From an uncultured cyanobacterium (lineage in GTDB: Bacteria; Cyanobacteriota; Cyanobacteriia; Phormidesmidales; Phormidesmidaceae): a DNA stretch of 64,000 bases. The translations under genes were made by a program, and so were the position numbers. The notes beneath the pieces are model-generated. The model made no database searches, was not told the DNA's origin, and was given only the letters and a program-made list of their open reading frames with translations. Position 1 is the first letter of the stretch. Every line of letters starts with the position of its first letter. Positions 1 to 8,226 of this stretch are shown here, one piece after another. The stretch is from assembly GCA_963702855.1 (NCBI GenBank), contig OY969765.1, positions 513,766-577,765 on the forward strand, written 5' to 3'.

Positions 1-351
1 GTTTTTGTAGATCTCGATTGCAGCCTGAACGTTTTTGTACTCGCGCCTAACCTGTTCTATTAGCGCTGTAGCCGGCTGCGTCTGGTTACTTTTACCAACA
101 ATCTCCATTTGCTGAGCTATCTTGAAAAGGCACATTGCCCCGACGCAGCTACTGAGCGACTTTAGGGCATGAGCGGTGCTGCTGAGCGCTGAGGGATCGC
201 CTTGTGCGATCGCCGCGTCGACCTCTTCTATACGAGTGGGTGCATCTGCCAAAAAACTGTCGCACACTTCGATTAGAAACGCGCTGTCACTGCTGATACT
301 TTCTAGGGTCTGAGTATCTAGCGTCGGAGTGTTTTGCGTGTTTATAGTCAT
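1..351 (-). CDS. Stand-alone Hpt (histidine phosphotransfer) protein, 3' end beyond the window
   Basis: Manually translated from the ATG at 351 on the minus strand: MTINTQNTPTLDTQTLESISSDSAFLIEVCDSFLADAPTRIEEVDAAIAQGDPSALSSTAHALKSLSSCVGAMCLFKIAQQME..., open to position 1. The AHALKS..S..VGA motif is the Hpt signature. It lies directly downstream of a hybrid kinase. Confidence 0.85.
   Translation of the reverse strand, partial: MTINTQNTPTLDTQTLESISSDSAFLIEVCDSFLADAPTRIEEVDAAIAQGDPSALSSTAHALKSLSSCVGAMCLFKIAQQMEIVGKSNQTQPATALIEQVRREYKNVQAAIEIYKN
206..213. repeat. HIP1 octamer GCGATCGC (first of many copies in the window)
   Basis: The palindrome recurs dozens of times across the window; this over-representation is a known cyanobacterial hallmark. 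Confidence 0.9.
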
Positions 352-528
352 ATTGCGTTATTACCAATTAGCTACTATCGGTCGTAAGCGTTCCGGGCAG
401 TGAGTTCGCTTTTAGGACTAGTTTATTTTCTCAGTTTGTTTAGAGCAGTTTGCTTGGGGTGATTTCACTAGATAGCGCCTTGTCGCTAAATTCTAGATAG
501 AAACCATACGCCTGGCTAAAAGTAAAAC

Positions 529-3060
529 TTAGGTAGGTGCAGGATTCAGCGAAAGTTCTTCTGATAGCTGTGGGCATTTTTGCAGCACGTTGAACAAATC
601 TCGCTTGCCAATCGGCTTTCTGATGTAGTCGTCCATGCCTGCCAACAGACATTCTTCTCTGTCTCCTTGCATGGCGTGCGCGGTCATAGCAACGATATAC
701 GGCTGCTGAATACGAGAGTTGCTGCGAATTCTGCGGGTAGCCTCCAACCCATCCATACGGGGCATTTGTACATCCATTAGGACCAAATCATAGGTCTTAT
801 GCTTCAGCGCTTCTACGGCTTCTTCTCCGTTGTGAGCAATATCAGCTTCGTAGCCATTGGCGGCGAGCATGTGTAAGGCCACCTTTTGATTAAGCGCAAT
901 ATCTTCTGTAAGCAGGATTCGTAGTAGTTTTCTCTCACGAAGTGCTTCTATGGCAATCGGAAACTGGCTTCTGCTGCTAAGGTCGCAGGCATTGACTACA
1001 GTATCGCTTTCGTTGCATAAAAGCTGAACGAGCGCGTCGTAGAAGTGCGATCGCCGCACCGGTTTTCGCAGCAGCTTGGTACGAACGTTTAGCTCATTTA
1101 GCGGTCTCTCGTCGTTCTTGTTATGACGGTGAAGCAAAACCAGTGGAATCTCTCGATACTCAGAAAGATTTCGGATTCGCAGAGCTAGCTCAACGCTGTC
1201 CATCTCTAATAAAGTGCCGTCAATTGCGATCGCATCCACTCGCCGGTGATCTTTTAGCATCGACAGCGCTGCCGCCGCCGACTCGACGCCCTCAGCCTGC
1301 AAGTCCCAAGACTCAGCCTGCAAAAGAAGATTCCTTCGACTATTAGCATTAGCTGCTACCACCAGCAGTCGTTTATTTCTAATATCAATTTGAGGATTGG
1401 ACTGAATATTACGACCGGGTTCCCCAGAACTCTCTAATCGTAGCGAAAAGCGGAAAGTAGAGCCTTTGCCCAGTTCGCTCTCAGCCCATAGCTCTCCCCC
1501 CATCATGTCTACCAAGCGCTTACTGATAGACAGTCCTAAGCCGGTACCGCCGTACTTTCGGGTGATTGAAGAGTCCACCTGATTGAAGGGCTGAAAGAGC
1601 TTAGAGATATCGCTAGACGCAATTCCGATACCTGTATCTTCAATAGAAAAATCTATCTGATAGAAAGCAGGCAGATTGCTATAATCAGCTTCGCTAGCTT
1701 CTAGTCCATTGAAATCTGGTTCATTAGAATTTAGTTCGCTAGAAACTGGTTCGTCAGGTATTGCCTTGCTAATATTGACACGAACGCTAACTTCGCCTTT
1801 ATCTGTAAACTTGATACTGTTACTAACTAAATTGCTTAGGATCTGTCTTAGCCGCACAGAATCGCCTTTGAATACGGGCGAAATATGCGATGGCTCAATT
1901 ACAGAAGTCAAGGAAAGCTCTTTACTTTCTGCCTGGTTAAAAAATAGCGTGAGCACATCCTCAACACACTCGTATACATCTAGGCGACTTTCTTCTAGCT
2001 CCAGCTTATTAGATTCGATTTTAGAGAAGTCGAGAATATCATTAATAACAGTCAGTAGAGTTTTGCCACTATTGCGAATCACTTCAACAAAATCTTGCTG
2101 CTGATTGTCCAACTTAGTTTCCGCGAGGAGTTCGGTCATACCCTGCATAGCGTTCATCGGCGTGCGAATCTCATGGCTCATCATGGCCAAAAATTCGCTC
2201 TTAGCGCGGTTAGCAGCCTCAGCAGCTTCCGAGGCTGCCTTGAGAGATGCATTGATTTGCTTTTGCTCTGTAACGTCATTAATGTGAGCGATAAAAAGCA
2301 TTGGGTCACCTTCGGTGTCTCGCAGCAAAGCAACGCTAAGTTCAATTGGGACAACGTGGCCAAGCTTATGAAAATAGCGCTTTTCTAGTCGATAATATCT
2401 GCATTTATTTGATATCAGATCGTCAATCAGCGCCAAATCGGCTTTCAAATCATCTGGATGCGTGATAGCTCGAAAATCTAAAGACAGTAGCTCTTCTTTG
2501 GAATAACCGATGATGTCTAAAATAGCTTCGTTCGCTTCTTTGAAAAAGCCATCCAAAGAGACTAACACCATGCCGATTGGAATGTCGTAAAAAGCGCCTC
2601 TGAAGATTTCTTGACTCTCTTCTAATTCACGCTGAGCTACCTCTCTTTGATGCACCTCAGCTTCTAGCTGCTGGTTGATGAAGCTGACGTCATGGAGAAT
2701 CAAAAATTGCGGCAGAAGTATCGTCAACTCTACTGCCGTATAGCCAGAGATCAGGGCGATCGCTGCTCTTTCTACGCCTGCCACCCAGTAAATCGGATAC
2801 CAAAGCGTAATAACGTCGAACAGATGACCAATACCGCACAGCAAAATAAAACTGCTAAAAAGTATCATCAACCGTACAGGGAAAACGTGCTTACGTTTGC
2901 GCACAAAGTACAATAGCACTACCGGTATAGAAAAGTACGCCAGCGCAATTATCAGATTACTAACAAGATGTAGCCCGACTAGCGGCGTCTGCCACAAGTA
3001 GCAATGCCCGTGGGGAATATAGCGCGATGAGGATAAGCTCAAAGAGAGTTCGTGCCACAT
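529..3060 (-). CDS. Hybrid histidine kinase: ETR1-like ethylene-binding domain + PAS/PAC + HisKA/HATPase + two receiver domains
   Basis: N-terminus [31 protein letters not shown]; PAS/PAC; H-box [14 protein letters not shown]; G-boxes DTGIGI and GGTGLGL; C-terminal receiver LVLMDVQMP. Start placed at ATG 3060 (the ORF track extends to TTG 3102). Confidence 0.88.
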   Translation of the reverse strand: MWHELSLSLSSSRYIPHGHCYLWQTPLVGLHLVSNLIIALAYFSIPVVLLYFVRKRKHVFPVRLMILFSSFILLCGIGHLFDVITLWYPIYWVAGVERAAIALISGYTAVELTILLPQFLILHDVSFINQQLEAEVHQREVAQRELEESQEIFRGAFYDIPIGMVLVSLDGFFKEANEAILDIIGYSKEELLSLDFRAITHPDDLKADLALIDDLISNKCRYYRLEKRYFHKLGHVVPIELSVALLRDTEGDPMLFIAHINDVTEQKQINASLKAASEAAEAANRAKSEFLAMMSHEIRTPMNAMQGMTELLAETKLDNQQQDFVEVIRNSGKTLLTVINDILDFSKIESNKLELEESRLDVYECVEDVLTLFFNQAESKELSLTSVIEPSHISPVFKGDSVRLRQILSNLVSNSIKFTDKGEVSVRVNISKAIPDEPVSSELNSNEPDFNGLEASEADYSNLPAFYQIDFSIEDTGIGIASSDISKLFQPFNQVDSSITRKYGGTGLGLSISKRLVDMMGGELWAESELGKGSTFRFSLRLESSGEPGRNIQSNPQIDIRNKRLLVVAANANSRRNLLLQAESWDLQAEGVESAAAALSMLKDHRRVDAIAIDGTLLEMDSVELALRIRNLSEYREIPLVLLHRHNKNDERPLNELNVRTKLLRKPVRRSHFYDALVQLLCNESDTVVNACDLSSRSQFPIAIEALRERKLLRILLTEDIALNQKVALHMLAANGYEADIAHNGEEAVEALKHKTYDLVLMDVQMPRMDGLEATRRIRSNSRIQQPYIVAMTAHAMQGDREECLLAGMDDYIRKPIGKRDLFNVLQKCPQLSEELSLNPAPT

Positions 3061-3784
3061 TAAGATAGCTTCTACGGTGAGTACGGTTGGGGGAAACAAC
3101 AAAAATTGATACCTAAGAGATGTCTAAAAGACGACGGTAGAATAATCTATGCCATAGGAATTCGACTGTAAGATTTTTACAATAGCCCGTTGCTCTTCAT
3201 ATAAAGCCCATGTAGGTAGCAAAAAGTCTCGGTAGTAATTACGATCTTTAACCATTGCCGCCTTTAAAGCTCAGCAGTATCCAGCAAGGCCAACTTGAAG
3301 ATAGTGAGGAGCGATCGCACTAAGCAACGCCAGCAACAAAGGCCCTCGTAGCGAAAAAGTTGATAAGAAAATAGGACAGCATTACGCAGCCTAGCAGCGT
3401 AACCTCTGCTGTTCATTTCCAATATGTTCAGTTCTACGTACAGACAGAAATTGGGCACCTAGCGCTCAGTACTGGTTCTGAGACAGTTTAGGTTAACGCT
3501 TCTTTCACCGCCGCCACCGCCAGTAAATTCCTACATATCATCTCAATCGAGCAGAACACTATGCGTACTGTCGTACTGTCCCACTTCAGTAAACAAGCAT
3601 CTTCACTACTTTTACCGCAGTACGTGATCTAACAGCGCACGGCTTGACCATACGCAGCTCAATGACGAAACCTCTCGCCGCAATATTCGCCACCTAATAT
3701 TTGCATTCTATGAAACAGAGCAAACAGCGCCCCGAACGCTATCGGGAACACTGTTCTCTTTGACTATGCCTACGATGATCAAAC

Positions 3785-4867
3785 CTAGCAGCCATCAGGC
3801 GGTAGTGTAGAACCTGCGTTAATTCTGTTGAGTCCTTGCAGATTGAGCAGTGTGCTGCTGTAGCGCACGGTAGTTGGGCTAATTTGACGGCCTCTGCGAA
3901 CCTGAAGCCTATCGCTAGGGCCGAAGTTCTCAAAGGTGTCTGTGGTGCTAATAACGCTAGCACCCTGTATGTTTTGAACAGAAATACCCGTGACCGTATT
4001 TTCATTGACCTGGCCCTGCACGCATATGGCTTCGCTATCCACATAGCCAAATATGCCCGTAACGTTGTTGCCCCGCTTGCGAAAGAGAAAGGTAGTGCCG
4101 CCGCTAGCGAGTAGCTGCCCGTCAGTGACAATTGCGTTGGGGCTAGCGCCGCTCCAATAGCGGTAGTTGCCGTCTGGCAAGGCGCTGACGAAAGAGCCGG
4201 AAGAGGAGCCAGAAGAGGAGCCAGAAGAGGAGCCAGAAGAGGAGCCAGAAGAGGAGCCAGAAGAGGAGCCAGAAGAAAGACCAGGAGATGGCGTTGGGCG
4301 ACTAACAACTTCAGCGCTAGCAATCAGATTGACGGCTTCAACTTTGCCGCAGTCTACATCACCTTGGCAAGAGAAAGCAGTAACGTTGCCCGTTTCGTAG
4401 GTAAGCGCAACAGCGGCACCAACAATGTCTTGTTCACAGATTTCAAAACGGGCGAACTGAGTAGAATTTCGGCCATCAGAATCTACGAGTCGAACGTAGC
4501 AGGCGCGATCGCCCGCAGTCAAATTCGTCACCGTCGCCGTCGTAGGGGGGAGAATGACTTCTACCGCGTCAACTTTATAGGTCAAGCGAATCTCGCTACC
4601 GACCAGCGACTGCTCACAAATATCACCCTCAGCGGTTTCTACAAAAATATCGCCCGCATCATCAATAATAGAAAGATTACAGCTTGTACCGTCTACTTCT
4701 AGCCCTAGTACTCGGCCCGTTATCGGCTGCTGAGCTTTACTGGCACCGGCTACGAGTAAAACCGATCCTAAAGCTGATCCGAGCGCGATCGCAAAGCCGC
4801 TGCTACGAAGATACCGGAAGGAGAGTTTAGGCAGAGAGAGTTTAGGCGCTTTGAGAAAGATACTCAT
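3785..4867 (-). CDS. Secreted hypothetical protein with two tandem Cys-containing domains and a Ser/Gly linker
   Basis: Hydrophobic signal ending in ASKA-QQ; two DICEQ/EICEQ..LTY modules; (SSSG)n linker; separate C-terminal domain. Start placed at ATG 4867. Confidence 0.65.
   Translation of the reverse strand: MSIFLKAPKLSLPKLSFRYLRSSGFAIALGSALGSVLLVAGASKAQQPITGRVLGLEVDGTSCNLSIIDDAGDIFVETAEGDICEQSLVGSEIRLTYKVDAVEVILPPTTATVTNLTAGDRACYVRLVDSDGRNSTQFARFEICEQDIVGAAVALTYETGNVTAFSCQGDVDCGKVEAVNLIASAEVVSRPTPSPGLSSGSSSGSSSGSSSGSSSGSSSGSSSGSFVSALPDGNYRYWSGASPNAIVTDGQLLASGGTTFLFRKRGNNVTGIFGYVDSEAICVQGQVNENTVTGISVQNIQGASVISTTDTFENFGPSDRLQVRRGRQISPTTVRYSSTLLNLQGLNRINAGSTLPPDGC
4200..4271. repeat. 12-bp tandem repeat GAAGAGGAGCCA x6
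   Basis: Six perfect copies; encodes the SGSS linker on the minus strand. Confidence 0.95.
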
Positions 4868-5073
4868 GGAAGATAGATGCTCAGGAAGATAGATAGCCAA
4901 ACAGAGCCGGAACAAAAGCTTTGTATAGGAAAAACTCTCACATGGCACAGAGAATCGCTATTTTTCTTAAACTATCTTTATTTTCCAGCTTCTCGAAGTA
5001 GGCGGGGCGTGATCGCAGCGATCACACAGCTAACAACCCACCAAGCCATCAGATATCCGACGCTTATACGGCG

Positions 5074-5799
5074 CTAAAGCATCACTAGCCCCACGCGAAT
5101 GCCGACGGCGACTGCTTCGGTGCGGCTAGCGGCATTGAGTTTGGAGAGAATGGCGCTGATATGAAATTTAACCGTGTGTTCAGAGATATAGAGAGCGGTT
5201 GCGATCGCCTTGTTTGTCAGTCCACCAGCTAGCTGGTTGAGTACCTGAATTTCCCGAGGTGTCAGCGGTTCGGTCGCCGCTTCAGGCGGACTCTCGGCGA
5301 TAGAGGCCAGCGGACTGAAAGCCATAATACTAGAGGTAATATCGGGCTTTAGCAAAAGCGCTTCGGTGATGTCGGGATGGAAGACGGTAAAACCGCTTAG
5401 GATAGCGGTGATCGCATTTCTTAAATCACTTGTCGAAATGGCCAAGGGCACTAGGCTAACAGCACCTGTGGCTATTAGCTGTAACAGCGCAGTCGGTGCG
5501 ATCGCTGCTACGTCATCGACTAGCCCCAAAACAGACAGCCGCTCCTCATCCAAGAAAATCTCAGCCGATAAAGCCTCCTCCGAAAAAGTTTCAACAATAT
5601 TAAAAATCGCCGATAGCTCATCAGCTGCTCGCGCCGACAGCTCTACGACAGCAACGTCAGCCCGCTGAGTTTGTAACCACTTGCTTAGCGCCCGCAAACT
5701 CTTTACTTGACCGGTCACCTCGGTAGTAGCCATCGTAGCCATCGCCGAGAGACCAGCTCGCGTCACCGACTGCGCTGCGCAAATGACAATATCCGCCAT
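5074..5799 (-). CDS. NarL/LuxR-family regulator with atypical receiver domain
   Basis: C-terminal HTH LTPREIQVLNQLAGGLTNKAIA..ISEHTVKFHISAILSKL; the receiver lacks the beta-1 acidic pair and has E (VAVVE) at the phospho-Asp position. Confidence 0.85.
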   Translation of the reverse strand: MADIVICAAQSVTRAGLSAMATMATTEVTGQVKSLRALSKWLQTQRADVAVVELSARAADELSAIFNIVETFSEEALSAEIFLDEERLSVLGLVDDVAAIAPTALLQLIATGAVSLVPLAISTSDLRNAITAILSGFTVFHPDITEALLLKPDITSSIMAFSPLASIAESPPEAATEPLTPREIQVLNQLAGGLTNKAIATALYISEHTVKFHISAILSKLNAASRTEAVAVGIRVGLVML

Positions 5800-5802
5800 T
5801 CC

Positions 5803-6711
5803 CTAGCGCTCACCGACAGTCACAGCAACCGTTTGCAAATCGCCGCCACGCAGCAGCGTAATGCGCAATTCCTCACCCACGCTCTGCGGACCTAATCGTG
5901 TCTGCACCTGGCGCAGACTCTCCAATTTTTCATCGTCAAAAGCAAGCATCACATCACCGATAGCCATACCTGCTCGATCCGCGCCGCTATCAGGCTCGAC
6001 GCTGATGACCATAATTCCGATCTGATTGGTCAAATCGTGCCGCTGCTGTACGTTTTCTGGCAAGGGAATCGCCTGCATTCCTAGCCCCAAATAGCCCTTA
6101 GTTACCTTGCCGCGCTGCTGTAGCTGATCGACCACCTTATTAACCGTAGCCGCCGGAATCGTCAGCACTTTGCGCCGCGGCCCAAACGTATTGAATCCCA
6201 CAATCTGGCCGCCGTGATTGATCAGCGGACAGCCCGCACTCCCCCGGCGAATCGCCAAATCAACCTCTATATACTGATCGATCTGGCCGCCGCTTTGACT
6301 GCGCCAGGCCTCACCTAGCTGACTCACCATACCCAGCGTCGCAAATCGACGGCGATCGCGTCCGCGCCCGACTGAGTAACCGACCGTAGAGACTAGCTGA
6401 CCGAGCGCTAGCGTCTGCGCGTCGCCCAGAACCGCGAGCGGTAAGTCGATGTCTTCAGGCAGTGAGAGCACGGCAACATCAGTCGTCGGATCGCTGCCCA
6501 ACAGCGCTGCATCAACACGCTCTCCGTTAGGCAGCGTCATCTTAAAGTTGCCTTCCGGCTGCAGAGCTTCGCAGGAGGTGACCACTAGCCCTTGGCGCCA
6601 GTGAATGCCCGTGCTCGCAGAGCGCCGCCCTTGAATCGAGACGACAGAACGGTTGCTGCGAGTAATAATATCTGAGAGGTCTTGTGAAAAAGTTTCAAAC
6701 GTGGTGTTCAT
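5803..6711 (-). CDS. HtrA/S1C trypsin-like fold + PDZ protein, catalytic residues substituted
   Basis: DPTTDVAVL, AIRRGSAGCPL (canonical AINPGNSGGPL), VTSCEAL (canonical VTNAHV), C-terminal PDZ; no signal peptide. Confidence 0.85.
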   Translation of the reverse strand: MNTTFETFSQDLSDIITRSNRSVVSIQGRRSASTGIHWRQGLVVTSCEALQPEGNFKMTLPNGERVDAALLGSDPTTDVAVLSLPEDIDLPLAVLGDAQTLALGQLVSTVGYSVGRGRDRRRFATLGMVSQLGEAWRSQSGGQIDQYIEVDLAIRRGSAGCPLINHGGQIVGFNTFGPRRKVLTIPAATVNKVVDQLQQRGKVTKGYLGLGMQAIPLPENVQQRHDLTNQIGIMVISVEPDSGADRAGMAIGDVMLAFDDEKLESLRQVQTRLGPQSVGEELRITLLRGGDLQTVAVTVGER

Positions 6712-6940
6712 AGAACTTAGCAGTGAGAAAAGAATGAGGTCATGAGTCTTATTTTGGGGTGCGATCGCTTATCAGGCATCGCCGATTCGATTAGGCGTTG
6801 ACCTGCCTAAGCGGCTAGGTCCTGAGTGACGAGTGTCTGCGATTCGCCCCTGCATGGCACAATTAAAGAACCTAGAGAGAACCTAGAGGCTAGAAACCCA
6901 GAGGACAGAAGAGCATAAAACGATGAAAGAGATATTTAAG

Positions 6941-7477
6941 ATGCTGAAACGGTTTGCTGCCGTGTTTATAATCGTGCTGGCGCTAGGCTTGCAAAGCTGC
7001 TCTTCAGGAGTCAGCTTGCAGGCATACAACGACAGCTATGAAGGCTACGAGTTTCAATATCCAACCGGCTGGGTACCCGCGCAGGTAGACGGAGGCCCCG
7101 ACACCGTATTTCACGACATTATTAACAATGATGAAAACGTCAGCGTTGTGATTAGCCCTGTCTCTGGTGGTAAGACACTGCCCGACTTAGGCACCCCTAG
7201 CGAAGTCGGCTATACCCTCTCTAAAAGCATTACCTCTTTGGCACCAGACGATCGCAATGTAGAGCTAGTGAACGCGCAGTCTTTTGAAGCGGGTGACAAG
7301 CTTTATTACATTTTGGAGTACGTTGCCAACCTGCCGTCTGGCACTCGTCACGACCTTGCGAGCGTCATCATCCGTCGCGGTCAGCTCTATACGTTTAACG
7401 CGTCTTTGCCAGAGAGCCGGTGGAAGAGTATGAAGGACGCTATGAAACAGACAGTAGCTTCTTTCTCTGTTTACTAG
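6941..7477 (+). CDS. psbP: CyanoP / PsbP-like photosystem II lipoprotein
   Basis: Lipobox LQSC; GYEFQYPTGW; ENVSVVISPV; LGTPSEVGY..L; adjacency to maf is typical of cyanobacteria. Confidence 0.9.
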   Translation: MLKRFAAVFIIVLALGLQSCSSGVSLQAYNDSYEGYEFQYPTGWVPAQVDGGPDTVFHDIINNDENVSVVISPVSGGKTLPDLGTPSEVGYTLSKSITSLAPDDRNVELVNAQSFEAGDKLYYILEYVANLPSGTRHDLASVIIRRGQLYTFNASLPESRWKSMKDAMKQTVASFSVY

Positions 7478-7566
7478 TAGCCGGATCAACAGCTTACGAA
7501 TAGCCATATCAATGACTTACTTCTTGCTACGCTAGTGCTCTTACGTACACTCTTTGCGCTTCACCC

Positions 7567-8160
7567 ATGGCTGATATTCAATTCGTACTGGCGTCTGCCT
7601 CTATCGCTCGCCGAAACCTACTGATAGAGGCCGGTATTCAGCCTTTCGTCTGCCCTAGTAACTTTGACGAAGACCAGGTGGTGATTAGCGACCCGCGTGA
7701 GCTAGTTCAGGTGCTAGCGGCGGGTAAAGCAACAGCCGTTGCGCCGCAGTTTCCGAGCGCGCTAGTGCTGGGCTGCGATTCGGTGCTGTCGATTAACAAT
7801 ACGATCTACGGGAAGCCAGAGAGTAAGCAAGAAGCGATTGACCGCTGGCGATCGATGCGGGGCGGGGCAGGTGAGCTGCTGACGGGCTATGCGCTGATTG
7901 CGCCGGGAAAAGAGCCGCTGGTGAACTACCGGATGACGCGGGTCTTTTTTGCTAACATCACCGATGCGGAAATTGCGGCGTATATCGATACGGGCGAGCC
8001 GATGAACTGCGCCGGGGCGTTTGCAACGGATGGCAAAGGCAGTATGTTTGTCGAGAAGATCGAAGGCTGCCATACGAATGTGGTGGGACTAAGCATTCCG
8101 ATGCTGCGGCTGATGATGGCGGAGCTGGGCTACCGGGCGATTGACTTCTGGGGCCGATAG
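7567..8160 (+). CDS. maf: Maf-family nucleoside triphosphate pyrophosphatase
   Basis: VLASAS..RR, LGCDSV, GKP, CAGAF, IEGC..NVVGL. Confidence 0.92.
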   Translation: MADIQFVLASASIARRNLLIEAGIQPFVCPSNFDEDQVVISDPRELVQVLAAGKATAVAPQFPSALVLGCDSVLSINNTIYGKPESKQEAIDRWRSMRGGAGELLTGYALIAPGKEPLVNYRMTRVFFANITDAEIAAYIDTGEPMNCAGAFATDGKGSMFVEKIEGCHTNVVGLSIPMLRLMMAELGYRAIDFWGR

Positions 8161-8226
8161 TCTGGGCCGATAGTCTGGGCTGGAAGGATGGATTTGGGAG
8201 GGAAGGCAACAGGAGGCTAATAGCAA

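Noticed and set aside
3103-3784. ORF 3264-3458 as a small gene
   Set aside because: GTG start, no motif or RBS; probably promoter DNA of the kinase.
3739-4400. (EEEP)n and (LLAP)n ORFs
   Set aside because: Alternative frames of the 12-bp repeat inside the secreted-protein gene.
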